Shown here piece after piece: positions 19,141 to 28,651 of a DNA stretch of 36,116 nt; positions within the stretch are counted from its first letter, which is position 1; each line of letters begins with the position of its first letter. The notes under the pieces are model-generated. The model had not been told where the DNA came from. It saw only the letters and a list, made by a program, of their open reading frames with translations, and did not search any database. The stretch is taken from the NCBI GenBank assembly GCA_964549815.1, contig CAZJVO010000002.1, forward strand, positions 1 to 36,116, in the 5' to 3' direction. The position numbers and the translations under genes are program-made. The stretch is from an uncultured Dehalococcoidales bacterium (lineage in GTDB: Bacteria; Chloroflexota; Dehalococcoidia; Dehalococcoidales; UBA5627).

Positions 19141-19773
19141 TTAAGCCCCCTCCTTGCCCCATAACTGCTCTACCTGGCGTATAGCCGCTTCGGTCATAAG
19201 CAGTATTTTATGAGAAGTCATATCAACCACATTTAACAAATTGGCAGGTACTGTTTTCACTTCAGGGATATTACGTGCCGATTTGATAACATTCATTTTC
19301 ATTTCACTGGTCGCAACAAGAGCAGACCCATTGATATTTAAGGCCGACAATACCTTTGCCATCTCTTTGGTTTTAGGCTGGCTGAAATCGAGGTCTTCAA
19401 GAACTATAAGTTCATTATCCTTCAGCTTTGCCGAGAGAACACCCCTTATAGCCAGACGGCGCATCTTCTTCGGCATTGCCTGTTGATAACTTCTCGGTTT
19501 CGGGCCGAATACGATGCCGCCGCCGCGGCGCAGCGGTGATTTGATATTGCCTGCACGGGCATTACCGGTATGCTTCTGCCGATAGAGTTTTCTATTGCTC
19601 CCGGCAACCTCACCACGAGTTTTTGTACATGCAGTCCCCTGACGCGCATTCGCCAGCTGCCTCACGACCGCCTGATGCACCACTGCCTCATTAAAAGGAA
19701 CAGTAAAGACATCATCGCTGACATCGATTTGTTTGATTACTTCACCTGACATACTGTAAACTGGAATCTGCAT
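19141..19773 (-). CDS. rplD: 50S ribosomal protein L4
   Basis: KTRGEVAGSNRKLYRQKHTGNARAGNIKSPLRRGGGIVFGP is the L4 loop signature. Confidence 0.97.
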   Translation of the reverse strand: MQIPVYSMSGEVIKQIDVSDDVFTVPFNEAVVHQAVVRQLANARQGTACTKTRGEVAGSNRKLYRQKHTGNARAGNIKSPLRRGGGIVFGPKPRSYQQAMPKKMRRLAIRGVLSAKLKDNELIVLEDLDFSQPKTKEMAKVLSALNINGSALVATSEMKMNVIKSARNIPEVKTVPANLLNVVDMTSHKILLMTEAAIRQVEQLWGKEGA

Positions 19774-19776
19774 ATC

Positions 19777-20394
19777 TTATTTACCTGATTTCCCTATAAG
19801 AATTATTCCATTATTAGCCCCTGGCACAGCCCCTCTTACTACAAGGATGTTACGCTCGGCATCGGCTTTGACTACCACCAGGTTGCGCGCAGTAACCCTC
19901 TGGTTCCCCATACGCCCTGCCATGCGCATTCCTTTTTTAACCCTGCCCGGAGTTGTACCTGAACCGATAGCACCTGGAGCCCTCCATCTGTCTGATTGAC
20001 CATGCGTTTTGGGACCACCCGAAAACCCATGACGTTTCACAACCCCGGCAAAACCCCTTCCCTTGGATATTCCTGTAACATCTACCATATCACCGGGCTG
20101 GAAGATACTGACATCCACTTTGTCTCCGGCATTGATGCCTTCCACCTCATCCATCCTGAATTCCCTCAGGCAGTTGAAATCGCCTGTCCCTTTAAGATGC
20201 CCTTTTAAAGGAGAATTCAGTTTTTTGGCCTTGCCATATCCCAACTGAACAGCATTGTAGCCTTCCTTATCGACAGTTTTTACCTGTACAACAGCACAGG
20301 GGCTGGCATCTATAACAGTAACCGCCTCAGCCACTCCGTCTTCCCTGAAAAGCTGGGTCATCCCTAATTTTCGTCCGATAATTCCCTGTATCAT
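19777..20394 (-). CDS. rplC: 50S ribosomal protein L3
   Basis: MIQGIIGRKLGMTQLF is a canonical L3 start. Confidence 0.98.
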   Translation of the reverse strand: MIQGIIGRKLGMTQLFREDGVAEAVTVIDASPCAVVQVKTVDKEGYNAVQLGYGKAKKLNSPLKGHLKGTGDFNCLREFRMDEVEGINAGDKVDVSIFQPGDMVDVTGISKGRGFAGVVKRHGFSGGPKTHGQSDRWRAPGAIGSGTTPGRVKKGMRMAGRMGNQRVTARNLVVVKADAERNILVVRGAVPGANNGIILIGKSGK

Positions 20395-20408
20395 AATTTA
20401 TTACTCTT

Positions 20409-20717
20409 CTATAACTTAATATCTATGGAAACGCCCGACGGTAAATTTAAATTTGTCAGGGCATCAATCGTTTTAGAAGTGGTTTCGACTATATCAATAA
20501 GCCTCTTGTGAGTCCTCATTTCGAAAGCCTCCTGCGAATCCTTATCGATAAAGGATGAGCGTATCACACTGAACCTTTTTATTCTGGTAGGCAGCGGAAC
20601 CGGCCCAACCGTAACCGCTCCGGTTCTCTCCAGAGCGCCTACTATCTGTTGCGCCGCCTGGTCCAGTATTTTATGGTCGAAACCCTTTAGCTTAATTCGT
20701 ATTTTCTGTTTTGCCAT
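20409..20717 (-). CDS. rpsJ: 30S ribosomal protein S10
   Basis: [15 protein letters not shown]...RTHKRLIDI is canonical S10. Confidence 0.98.
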   Translation of the reverse strand: MAKQKIRIKLKGFDHKILDQAAQQIVGALERTGAVTVGPVPLPTRIKRFSVIRSSFIDKDSQEAFEMRTHKRLIDIVETTSKTIDALTNLNLPSGVSIDIKL

Positions 20718-20740
20718 ATATATTTTGCTCCAGATCTAGC

Positions 20741-22825
20741 TTAACTTCCCACGGCGAGCTTAGATTTTAACTCGCTGGCCAATTGCACCGGCATCTCCTG
20801 ATACCGGTAAAATTCCATAGAATGTGTCGCCCTTCCCTGGGTCATCGACCTGAGGCTGGTGGTATAACCAAACACCTCAGCCAGGGGGACATGACAGCGA
20901 ATCGTCATGGTATCCCCGAAGGTCTCTATATTTTCCACCTCACCCCTGCGAGAACTGATATCCCCGATTATATCACCGAGAAACTGTCCGGGGGTAACCA
21001 CTTCCAGCTTCATCAAAGGTTCCAGAATAACAGGCTTCCCTTTCTTAACTCCATCCTTAAAAGCCATGGAGCCGGCCATCTTGAAAGCCATTTCCGAAGA
21101 GTCTACTTCATGATAGCTGCCATCATATAGAGTAACCTTGACATCCACTACCGGATATCCGACTACACCGCCGGTCTCGGTAGCTTCACGGATACCTTCT
21201 TCGGCTGCCTGTATAAACGACCTTGACAATACGCCGCCCTTAATCGTATCCACAAACTGGAAACCGCCGCCGCGTTCCAGCGGTTCCATCTCGATACGGA
21301 CATGACCATACTGACCGTGACCGCCCGATTGCCTGATAAACCTGCCTTCAGCCTTCACAGGAACGGTAATAGTCTCTTTGTAAGCCACTCTCGGCTGCCC
21401 GACACTGGCTTCCACCTTATATTCAGTCATTATACGACTGACAATAACCTCGAGATGGAGTTCCCCCATACCCGAAATTACCGTCTGTCCGGTTTCTTCA
21501 TTATAACTGACCTTGAAAGTAGGATCCTCCTCGGTCATTTTCTGTAATGCCTCGCCCAATTTATCCCTGTCTGCTCTGGTCTTGGGTTCGATGGCGACGG
21601 AGATAACCGGTGTCGGGAACTTGATGGACTCCAGCAAAACCTGGTTCGACATATCGCATAAAGTATCCCCAGTAAACGTATCCTTAAGCCCCATGGCTGC
21701 TACTATCGAACCGGTATCCGCTTCATCGATTTCTTCATGGTGGTTGGCATGCATTATTAATAAACGCCCGATGCGCTCTTTTTCACCGCGGGTCGAATTA
21801 TAAACCTGAGCTCCAGCCTTCACTTTTCCGGAATAAACCCGTAGATAAACCAGCCGCCCAACGAATGGGTCAGCCACTACTTTAAAAGCCAGCGCCGCAA
21901 AGGGTGCATCATCCTGAACAGGACAGACAACATCTTCTCCTGTAGCAGGTCTTTTCCCCCTTACAGGAGGCATATCCAGCGGCGAGGGTAAATAATCTAC
22001 CACAGCATCCAGCAGCAAAGTAATCCCTTTATTTTTCAGTGCACTGCCGCACAGAACCGGAATAGCTTTATTGTCCAGTGTTGCCCGCCGGACCGCAGCC
22101 CTGATATCGGCAGGGGTAATCTCTTTACCCTCCAGATATAGATTCATAATATTATCATCATATTCCGACAGACTTTCGATAAGTTCGCGGTGATACTCTT
22201 CCAGTTCGGCTTTCTCATTTTCAGGCATATCTACTTCCTGAGGCTGGTCATCTGGATTACCGCTCATGAACCATGCCTTCTTTTCGATAACATCGATTAC
22301 GCCTTTAAACATATCTTCCCTGCCCATAGGGAGTTGTATCACCAGGGGCTTGGCATGCAGTCTCTCTCTGATCATGGAGACACAACGCTCGAAGTTTGCC
22401 CCAACTCTGTCCATCTTATTGACAAAACAAATTCTGGGCACCTGATACCTGTCTGCCTGCCTCCACACTGTTTCTGATTGAGCCTCAACTCCAGCCACTC
22501 CATCGAAAACAACTATGCCGCCATCCAGTACCCTGAGGCTACGCTCGACTTCCGCTGTAAAATCCACATGCCCCGGAGTATCAATAATGTTGATGCGGAT
22601 GTCCTTCCAATGGCAGGTAGTAGCAGCCGATGTTATGGTAATACCCCTGGCGCGTTCCTGCTCCATCCAGTCCATCACCGCCGTACCTTCATGGGTTTCG
22701 CCTATTTTATAGGTTCTGCCGGTGAAATACAGTATTCTCTCGGTAACAGTGGTTTTACCCGCATCGATATGGGCAATAATACCTATATTCCGTATTTTAT
22801 CTAAAGGAAAACTTCTGGAAGACAT
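20741..22825 (-). CDS. fusA: elongation factor G
   Basis: G1 motif [25 protein letters not shown]. The start is placed at ATG 22825 ([13 protein letters not shown]), preceded by AAGGAA. The ORF-track start at 22933 would overlap rpsG. Confidence 0.96.
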   Translation of the reverse strand: MSSRSFPLDKIRNIGIIAHIDAGKTTVTERILYFTGRTYKIGETHEGTAVMDWMEQERARGITITSAATTCHWKDIRINIIDTPGHVDFTAEVERSLRVLDGGIVVFDGVAGVEAQSETVWRQADRYQVPRICFVNKMDRVGANFERCVSMIRERLHAKPLVIQLPMGREDMFKGVIDVIEKKAWFMSGNPDDQPQEVDMPENEKAELEEYHRELIESLSEYDDNIMNLYLEGKEITPADIRAAVRRATLDNKAIPVLCGSALKNKGITLLLDAVVDYLPSPLDMPPVRGKRPATGEDVVCPVQDDAPFAALAFKVVADPFVGRLVYLRVYSGKVKAGAQVYNSTRGEKERIGRLLIMHANHHEEIDEADTGSIVAAMGLKDTFTGDTLCDMSNQVLLESIKFPTPVISVAIEPKTRADRDKLGEALQKMTEEDPTFKVSYNEETGQTVISGMGELHLEVIVSRIMTEYKVEASVGQPRVAYKETITVPVKAEGRFIRQSGGHGQYGHVRIEMEPLERGGGFQFVDTIKGGVLSRSFIQAAEEGIREATETGGVVGYPVVDVKVTLYDGSYHEVDSSEMAFKMAGSMAFKDGVKKGKPVILEPLMKLEVVTPGQFLGDIIGDISSRRGEVENIETFGDTMTIRCHVPLAEVFGYTTSLRSMTQGRATHSMEFYRYQEMPVQLASELKSKLAVGS

Positions 22826-22913
22826 AGTTGCAGTTCCTTTTTTTAGCTCTGTTGATATTTGTTCTTTTTTTATTTTCTCTTCAGTATTTAATGTAGTTGA
22901 AATCGTCAAATCA

Positions 22914-23384
22914 TCACCATCTATAGTGAGCAAAAGCCCTGTTGGCTTCCGCCATCTTATGAGTATCTTCTTTTTTCTTTACTGCGGCTCCCTGCCCCTT
23001 GGAGGCATCGATAAGCTCTGCCGCTAATTTCTCTGACATAGACTTCCCTGACCTTGCCCTGGCCGATTTTAATACCCACCTGATGGCAAGAGCAGTGTTT
23101 CTGCCCGGCCTGACTTCTACCGGCACCTGATAGGTGGCACCGCCTACGCGGCGGGGTTTAACCTCAAGTAATGGGGTAGCATTACGCAAACCCAATTCCA
23201 TCACACTAACAGGTTCTTTCCCTTCTCGAGTGCTTATAATATCGAGTGCATCATAAACTACACGTTCAGCAACAGTCTTTTTCCCACCGACCATCACTTT
23301 GTTTATCAACCGGCTGACCATCGCATTATTGAACCTGGAATCAGGTCGTATTTCTTTCTTCTTAACAACTGCCCGCCTTGGCAT
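22914..23384 (-). CDS. rpsG: 30S ribosomal protein S7
   Basis: [18 protein letters not shown]...AFAHYRW are canonical S7 termini. Confidence 0.98.
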   Translation of the reverse strand: MPRRAVVKKKEIRPDSRFNNAMVSRLINKVMVGGKKTVAERVVYDALDIISTREGKEPVSVMELGLRNATPLLEVKPRRVGGATYQVPVEVRPGRNTALAIRWVLKSARARSGKSMSEKLAAELIDASKGQGAAVKKKEDTHKMAEANRAFAHYRW

Positions 23385-23396
23385 GCTTCCTCCTAA

Positions 23397-23825
23397 CTAG
23401 GCTCCCTTAGCTTTCTTTTCCCGCTTGCTGCCATATTTGCTGCGTCCCTGCTTGCGGTTAGCTACGCCACTTGTATCCAGTGTCCCCCTTATAATATGAT
23501 AGCGGACACCGGGTAAATCTGGAACACGTCCTCCACGAATAAGTACCACAGAGTGCTCCTGCAGCTCATGACCCTCACCAGGAATGTAAGCCGTAACTTC
23601 CATATGATTGGTAAGCCTCACTCTGGCAATCTTACGCAATGCAGAATTAGGTTTTTTAGGAGTAGTGGTCTTTACCTGTATGCAAACACCGCGTTTCTGA
23701 GGAGACCCCTCCCCCTTAACCATCCTGTTCTTCAATGCATTATAGGTAAACCTGAGTGCCGGTGTCCTGGTCTTCTTGGTACCCTTCACGCGTCCTTTTC
23801 TAACTAACTGATTAACTGTGGGCAA
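23397..23825 (-). CDS. rpsL: 30S ribosomal protein S12
   Basis: (M)[11 protein letters not shown]...[10 protein letters not shown] signature. TTG start 6 nt after AAGGGGGA. Confidence 0.97.
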   Translation of the reverse strand: MPTVNQLVRKGRVKGTKKTRTPALRFTYNALKNRMVKGEGSPQKRGVCIQVKTTTPKKPNSALRKIARVRLTNHMEVTAYIPGEGHELQEHSVVLIRGGRVPDLPGVRYHIIRGTLDTSGVANRKQGRSKYGSKREKKAKGA

Positions 23826-23950
23826 CTTATCCCCCTTAGCCTAACAATTTCAAAGGATGAGCTTTTGGCTCATCCTTTACTCGCCAATCGAATCGGCCAG
23901 AAATTTATCCAGCCAATTGCAAATGCTGAGGTGGCTAGCAACAGCATCTT

Positions 23951-23980
23951 AGTCTAACACAGGAATAAACGCTGTGTCAA
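23951..23980 (-). promoter_or_regulatory. candidate promoter of the rpsL-led ribosomal super-operon
   Basis: The minus strand reads TTGACA (23980-23975), an 18-nt spacer, then TAGACT (23956-23951). This would give a ~120-nt structured leader with hairpins at 23851-23880 and 23883-23897. Confidence 0.4.
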
Positions 23981-24042
23981 TAACCCTGGGCTCGTAAAAT
24001 TAACAAACAATTAGCAGATATAATAGCAGAAAATACCCCACC

Positions 24043-24071
24043 TTGACAAATATTTTTCGCAGTGATATATT
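24043..24071 (+). promoter_or_regulatory. strong sigma70-type promoter of the aromatic amino-acid operon
   Basis: TTGACA (24043-24048), a 17-nt spacer, TG at 24063-24064 (extended -10), then TATATT (24066-24071). Confidence 0.65.
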
Positions 24072-24108
24072 CCCGTTATAGTAAAAACAATGTGGAAGCA
24101 GAAAAATA

Positions 24109-24189
24109 ATGTTGTATAAGAATACCTCTTACTACTACTCTTATTATATGTTTACCTGGCGCAGCGACTGCGCCGTGGGGGGTATTTGA
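24109..24189 (+). CDS. candidate 26-aa aromatic-rich leader peptide MLYKNTSYYYSYYMFTWRSDCAVGGI
   Basis: Hand-translated. 6 Tyr, 1 Phe and 1 Trp, with 7 aromatic codons among 10 consecutive codons (24130-24159). Lies between the promoter and an intrinsic terminator upstream of the DAHP synthase gene. Weak SD-like GGAAG 10 nt upstream. Confidence 0.55.
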   Translation: MLYKNTSYYYSYYMFTWRSDCAVGGI

Positions 24190-24225
24190 TTGGTCTGCTG
24201 AGCGGTAAATTATAGTAAGTCTTTT

Positions 24226-24252
24226 AAAATCCTCCCTCGGGAGGATTTTTTT
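24226..24252 (+). terminator. intrinsic terminator (attenuator) in the aro operon leader
   Basis: aatcctcc-ctcg-ggaggatt stem-loop followed by ttttttt (24246-24252). It ends 68 nt upstream of the DAHP synthase start. Confidence 0.8.
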
Positions 24253-24319
24253 GTTATAAAAGATGGATTTTATCCTAACCCGGGTTTAGAATAGATATGA
24301 AACAGGAGGAATGGCACAG

Positions 24320-25393
24320 ATGATAATAATGGAAAAGGATGCTACCACAGAGCAGATCAACGATGTGATTACCGAAATAGAAAAGCATGGCTTAAGAGTA
24401 GATGTCTCTAAAGGGGAATTCAGGACGATTATAGGGCTCATCGGAGACGAGAGCAAGATATCGTTTACCAACCTGGCGCTCATGCCAGGGGTAAAAGAAG
24501 CCAGAATGGTTGAAACACCATATAAACTCATCAGCCGCGATTATAGTGAGCCTGTTTTAGGAAAAGATGAAACCCGCATCGTTAAAGTGGGGGATGTCCG
24601 TATAGGCGGGGACGAACCCATAATTATGGCCGGACCCTGTGCCGTGGAAAGCAAGGAGCAGGTTTTTCGCATTGCAAAGGAGGTCAGGGCAGCTGGAGCC
24701 AGGATTCTAAGAGGCGGAATATATAAACCCCGGAGCTCGGTGCATTCTTTTCAGGGGCTGGGTTCACGCGGTGAAGCCGAAGCTCGAGAAGCGCTCGAAT
24801 GGCTCTGCGCCGCCGGACATGAATATGGCATGCCGGTTATGACCGAGGTGAGAGGTGAAGACCAGCTGGAACTGATAGCAGAATACGTGGATATAATACA
24901 AATCGGTGCCAGAAACATGTATAATCAGGACCTGCTGAGCAAAGTCGGCAGAACCGGCAAACCTGTACTTTTTAAAAGGCATTTCGGTGCCAGTGTCGAG
25001 GAGTTCCTGTCTTTTTCTGAGTATATAGTGGCCGAGGGGAATAAAGATGTTATCCTCTGCGAACGGGGTATCGTACCTGTAGGCAAGGGCAACAGCTATA
25101 CGAGATACACCCTGGACCTGGGAGCAGTACCTGTGATTCGAAGAGAAACTTATCTTCCTATTATAGTCGACCCCAGCCACGCCGCAGGGCGTCGTGACCT
25201 GATATTCGATATGAGTTGTGCAGCTATCGCCATCGGTGCTCATGGATTGGTTATAGAAACACACTATAATCCCAAGGAAGCCATTGTAGATGCGAAGCAG
25301 ATGATAACCCCTGATGAGCTAAAAGATGTCATCGATGCCTCGCTGCAAATCAGCAAAATAATCACCCCCTATAAAAGAAAACAGATGAGATGA
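24320..25393 (+). CDS. aroF: 3-deoxy-7-phosphoheptulonate (DAHP) synthase, type I-beta with N-terminal ferredoxin-like regulatory domain
   Basis: KDO8PS-like catalytic core (IMAGPCAVES, KPRSS, DPSH) preceded by a ~70-aa beta-alpha-beta domain, as in Thermotoga-type enzymes. The ATG at 24320 is 10 nt after AGGAGG; the ORF-track ATG at 24311 is only 1 nt after it. Confidence 0.9.
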   Translation: MIIMEKDATTEQINDVITEIEKHGLRVDVSKGEFRTIIGLIGDESKISFTNLALMPGVKEARMVETPYKLISRDYSEPVLGKDETRIVKVGDVRIGGDEPIIMAGPCAVESKEQVFRIAKEVRAAGARILRGGIYKPRSSVHSFQGLGSRGEAEAREALEWLCAAGHEYGMPVMTEVRGEDQLELIAEYVDIIQIGARNMYNQDLLSKVGRTGKPVLFKRHFGASVEEFLSFSEYIVAEGNKDVILCERGIVPVGKGNSYTRYTLDLGAVPVIRRETYLPIIVDPSHAAGRRDLIFDMSCAAIAIGAHGLVIETHYNPKEAIVDAKQMITPDELKDVIDASLQISKIITPYKRKQMR

Positions 25394-26466
25394 AGGCACT
25401 AAAAGTAGAACTGGGAGATAATAGAAGCTACGATATACTCATCGGCAGCGGCTTGCTTGAGCGGGCGGCAAACCTTTTACAGGAAGCCTTTTCAAGTAAA
25501 AAATCCGTTATCATCACCAATCCGATTGTTAAAGAGCTATACGGCGACCGGCTGAAAGAGACCCTGGCCGACAGTGGATTGAGCCCTTCTCTGCTGACCG
25601 TACCCGACGGAGAAGCGTATAAATCTCTGGACACCGCCGGCAGACTATATACGGAGTTAACCGAATGCTTTGCCGAACGTAGTACCCCGATACTTGCCCT
25701 CGGAGGCGGCGTTATAGGAGACCTTGCCGGTTTCGTGGCATCCACCTACATGCGCGGGGTGCCGCTGGTACAGATGCCCACCACCCTGCTGGCGCAGGTC
25801 GACAGCAGCATCGGGGGCAAGGTAGCGGTAGACCATGGAAAGCTCAAAAACAAAATTGGCACCTTCTATCAGCCACGGCTGGTAATTTCAGATACGACAA
25901 CGCTGAAAACCCTGCCTAAAAAAGAGTTCGCCAACGGCATGGCCGAGGTCATCAAGAGTGCTATTATCAGGGATAAAGCCTTCTTTACCTTTATTAAACA
26001 AAAACTTGATAGAATTAACAGGATGGACAACGATGTTATAGAGGAAATGATTTTCCGTACAGCAAGTATAAAAGCCTCTATCGTGATGCAGGATGAGAGG
26101 GATACCGGACTAAGGAATATTTTAAATTTCGGGCATACTGCAGGGCATGCTATCGAAGCGGTGTCGGACTTTAAAATAGCCCATGGGCAGGCAATAGCCA
26201 TCGGAATGATAATCGAAGCCAGAATCTCTCAAAAAATGGGGACCTTCGAAGAGGATGAATTGAAAGACCTCGAGAAGTTGATATCGGATGTCGGACTGCC
26301 AACGAGGATGCCGGACATAGATAAAGATAGTGTTCTGCGAGCAATGCAGCATGATAAAAAAAATGCAGGCGGGAAAATCAAATTTGCTCTGCCCAGAAAT
26401 ACAGGAGACGTTTATATAACCGACGAGGTGGAGCTTGCAACAGTGAAGGAGGCAATGGAAGAATAG
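25390..26466 (+). CDS. aroB: 3-dehydroquinate synthase
   Basis: 358 aa with LGGGVIGDLAGF nucleotide loop and metal-binding HTAGHAIE. 4-nt overlap with the upstream gene. Confidence 0.95.
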   Translation: MKALKVELGDNRSYDILIGSGLLERAANLLQEAFSSKKSVIITNPIVKELYGDRLKETLADSGLSPSLLTVPDGEAYKSLDTAGRLYTELTECFAERSTPILALGGGVIGDLAGFVASTYMRGVPLVQMPTTLLAQVDSSIGGKVAVDHGKLKNKIGTFYQPRLVISDTTTLKTLPKKEFANGMAEVIKSAIIRDKAFFTFIKQKLDRINRMDNDVIEEMIFRTASIKASIVMQDERDTGLRNILNFGHTAGHAIEAVSDFKIAHGQAIAIGMIIEARISQKMGTFEEDELKDLEKLISDVGLPTRMPDIDKDSVLRAMQHDKKNAGGKIKFALPRNTGDVYITDEVELATVKEAMEE

Positions 26467-27120
26467 ATGAGAACTCCCCGCATTTGTGCTACCATTACCG
26501 ACCGGAATGCTGATATCTCACAGGCCGTCGATATAGCGGACTTATTTGAGATTCGCATCGACCTGGCGGGTAGCGGCTGGCAGGAGACGGCATCCAGACT
26601 GCCGAAACCATGGGTTGCATGCAACCGCTCAAAAGAAGAGGGCGGAAGCTGGCACGCCAGCGAAAATCAGAGGACAGAGGAATTGCTTAAAGCGCTTCGA
26701 ATCGGAGCCGACATAATCGATATAGAACTGGCTGCTCCCGAACTGGATAAAACCGTTCCCGTTATCAAAAGAAGAGCCGAATGCCTGATATCATCCCATA
26801 ACATGACTGAGACACCTGAGTTCGACGAATTGAGAGCTATCGTATTAAGGCAGATTGCCGCCGGCGCCGATATATGTAAAGTGGTTACCTTTGCCGTTAA
26901 AGCTGAAGATAATATAACTGTTTTGCGTTTGATTCCAGAATTCCAGGGCAAAAGGATTATCGCCTTTGCCATGGGAGAATCAGGGCTGGCCAGCCGAATT
27001 CTCTGCCCATTGGTGGGAGGTGAATTTACATATGCTTCTCTTGAGAGAGGAGCCGAATCCGCACCGGGGCAGATAACTGTAAAGGAACTGCATGAAATAT
27101 ACCGGATGGTGATGAAATGA
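26467..27120 (+). CDS. aroD: type I 3-dehydroquinate dehydratase
   Basis: 217 aa with a FEIRIDL-type N-terminal strand and a length and pattern that fit type I DHQase. Sits at the pathway-order position. Confidence 0.85.
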   Translation: MRTPRICATITDRNADISQAVDIADLFEIRIDLAGSGWQETASRLPKPWVACNRSKEEGGSWHASENQRTEELLKALRIGADIIDIELAAPELDKTVPVIKRRAECLISSHNMTETPEFDELRAIVLRQIAAGADICKVVTFAVKAEDNITVLRLIPEFQGKRIIAFAMGESGLASRILCPLVGGEFTYASLERGAESAPGQITVKELHEIYRMVMK

Positions 27121-27989
27121 TATCGAAGATTTCTGCCAGCACCCAAATCTGCGGTCTTATCGGAGACCCCGTGGAGCACAGCCTTTCCCCAGCAATGCAC
27201 AATGCCGCTTTTAAAAAAACCGGATTGAATTTTGTTTACCTGCCGTTTAAAGTAACCGCCAAAAACCTCCCGGGAGCCATTACCGGATTAAGAAGCCTGA
27301 ATTTCCGCGGCTTGAACGTAACTATCCCCCACAAAGTAGCCGTTATTCCACTCCTCGACGAACTGGACCCGGCAGCAAAACGGATAGGCGCTATCAATAC
27401 GATTGTTAACGATAACGGCCATCTCAAGGGCTATAACACCGATGCCGCCGGATTTCTCAAATCGCTGTCTGTAAAAGACATTAACCCCACAGGGAAAAGG
27501 GTTGTTATACTCGGGGCAGGAGGGGTTTCGAGGGCTATTACGTTTTCACTGGTGGAGCAGGGGGCGGAAATAACCATTCTGAATCGCAGCCAGAAGCCGG
27601 AATGGGTGGAGAAACTGGCAATAAATACACCCCTATCCTCAACAAACAGGGTACAAGTGATGGAGTTAAATGACGCCAATCTGCAATCGGCACTAAAGCA
27701 TACCGATATTCTGATTAATGCTACCAGCGTTGGCATGAACCCAGATGTGGGTAAATCACTGGTTCCACAGGAATTGTTCAGACCTGAAATGGTGGTCTTT
27801 GACGTCATCTATAACCCGGAAAAGACCAGATTACTGGCAGATGCTGATAAAGCCGGGGCCACAACTATCGGGGGGCTGGATATGCTGGTGTGGCAGGGCG
27901 CCCTGGCTTTCGAACTGTGGACCGGAATCAAAGCTCCGGTGGAGGCTATGAAAAAAGCGGCTGTAAATATATTATCTGCGCAGGCTTGA
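27117..27989 (+). CDS. aroE: shikimate dehydrogenase
   Basis: GLIGDPVEHSLSPAMHNAAF, NVTIPHK, NTD and the Rossmann loop GAGGVSRA. Confidence 0.95.
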   Translation: MISKISASTQICGLIGDPVEHSLSPAMHNAAFKKTGLNFVYLPFKVTAKNLPGAITGLRSLNFRGLNVTIPHKVAVIPLLDELDPAAKRIGAINTIVNDNGHLKGYNTDAAGFLKSLSVKDINPTGKRVVILGAGGVSRAITFSLVEQGAEITILNRSQKPEWVEKLAINTPLSSTNRVQVMELNDANLQSALKHTDILINATSVGMNPDVGKSLVPQELFRPEMVVFDVIYNPEKTRLLADADKAGATTIGGLDMLVWQGALAFELWTGIKAPVEAMKKAAVNILSAQA

Positions 27990-28057
27990 TTAAGGCAAAT
28001 TCACCAATGATGACAGAATAATAAGCCCGGTATAACAAAACTGATATACAGCCAGGG

Positions 28058-28085
28058 TTGTTAAAATGCTTCATATTATTATAAT
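28058..28085 (+). promoter_or_regulatory. possible internal promoter in the aroE-aroK gap
   Basis: TTGTTA (28058-28063), a 16-nt spacer, then TATAAT (28080-28085), within a 128-nt AT-rich gap. Sequence motif only. Confidence 0.3.
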
Positions 28086-28117
28086 ATGTATATAAGTTAC
28101 TATTTGAGATTAAGAAT

Positions 28118-28651
28118 ATGAAAACGAACATAGCTTTAATAGGATTTATGGGCACAGGCAAGACGACCATCGGGAAAACACTTGCCCAAAAACTCGGCAA
28201 AACATTTGTAGAGATAGATGCTCTTATCGAACAAAAAGCCGGAAAATCTATTGCCGATATCTTTAAAGAAGATGGAGAAATCGCCTTCAGACAGCTTGAA
28301 ATCGAGGTTACAAAAGAAATCGCCGAGAAGGATAACCAGGTCATAGCCTGTGGTGGCGGCATAGTATTAAACAGAATTAATATCGATAGGCTGAAGAGAA
28401 ATGCCGTTATCGTATTGCTGACAGTATCATTCGATGTCATCGAAAAAAGGGTTTCCGCCGGCAGCCGCATCAGGCCCCTGCTGGAAGGGAGCACCGACAG
28501 GGCAAAAACCATCAGGGAATTGATGGAGTTCAGGCAGCCATTTTATGACAGGGCTGCAGATATAAAAATCAACTCCTCAAACATCGGAATCGAAGCTACC
28601 GCAGATTTAATAATAGATAGGGTTAGAGAGAATGAAAGTAAGAATCAATAA
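28118..28651 (+). CDS. aroK: shikimate kinase
   Basis: P-loop GFMGTGKTTIGK and GGG(I)V motif; 177 aa. Confidence 0.93.
   Translation: MKTNIALIGFMGTGKTTIGKTLAQKLGKTFVEIDALIEQKAGKSIADIFKEDGEIAFRQLEIEVTKEIAEKDNQVIACGGGIVLNRINIDRLKRNAVIVLLTVSFDVIEKRVSAGSRIRPLLEGSTDRAKTIRELMEFRQPFYDRAADIKINSSNIGIEATADLIIDRVRENESKNQ

Noticed and set aside
22826-22933. 36-codon N-terminal extension of the EF-G ORF ([10 protein letters not shown]...)
   Set aside because: It overlaps the 3' end of rpsG and has no counterpart in EF-G proteins. The internal ATG at 22825 has an AAGGAA SD and yields the canonical N-terminus before the G1 motif.
23851-23880. Hairpin aaaggatgagc-tttt-ggctcatccttt as a terminator between rpsL and the aro operon
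   Set aside because: There is no U-tract on either strand, and it lies inside the predicted rpsL 5' leader with no gene reading into it. It is more likely a leader structure, and I cannot assign it a function.
24090-24119. Alternative 9-codon mini-ORF MWKQKNNVV in the aro leader
   Set aside because: It has only one aromatic codon and no SD, sits about 12 nt from the predicted transcription start, and ends far upstream of the pairing segments. The overlapping 26-codon ORF explains the structure much better.
24078-24310. T-box or other riboswitch in the aro leader
   Set aside because: I could not find the conserved T-box sequence (AA..GGGTGG.ACCGCG-like) or a specifier-loop architecture. The leader is also short. 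Only a covariance-model scan can formally exclude it.
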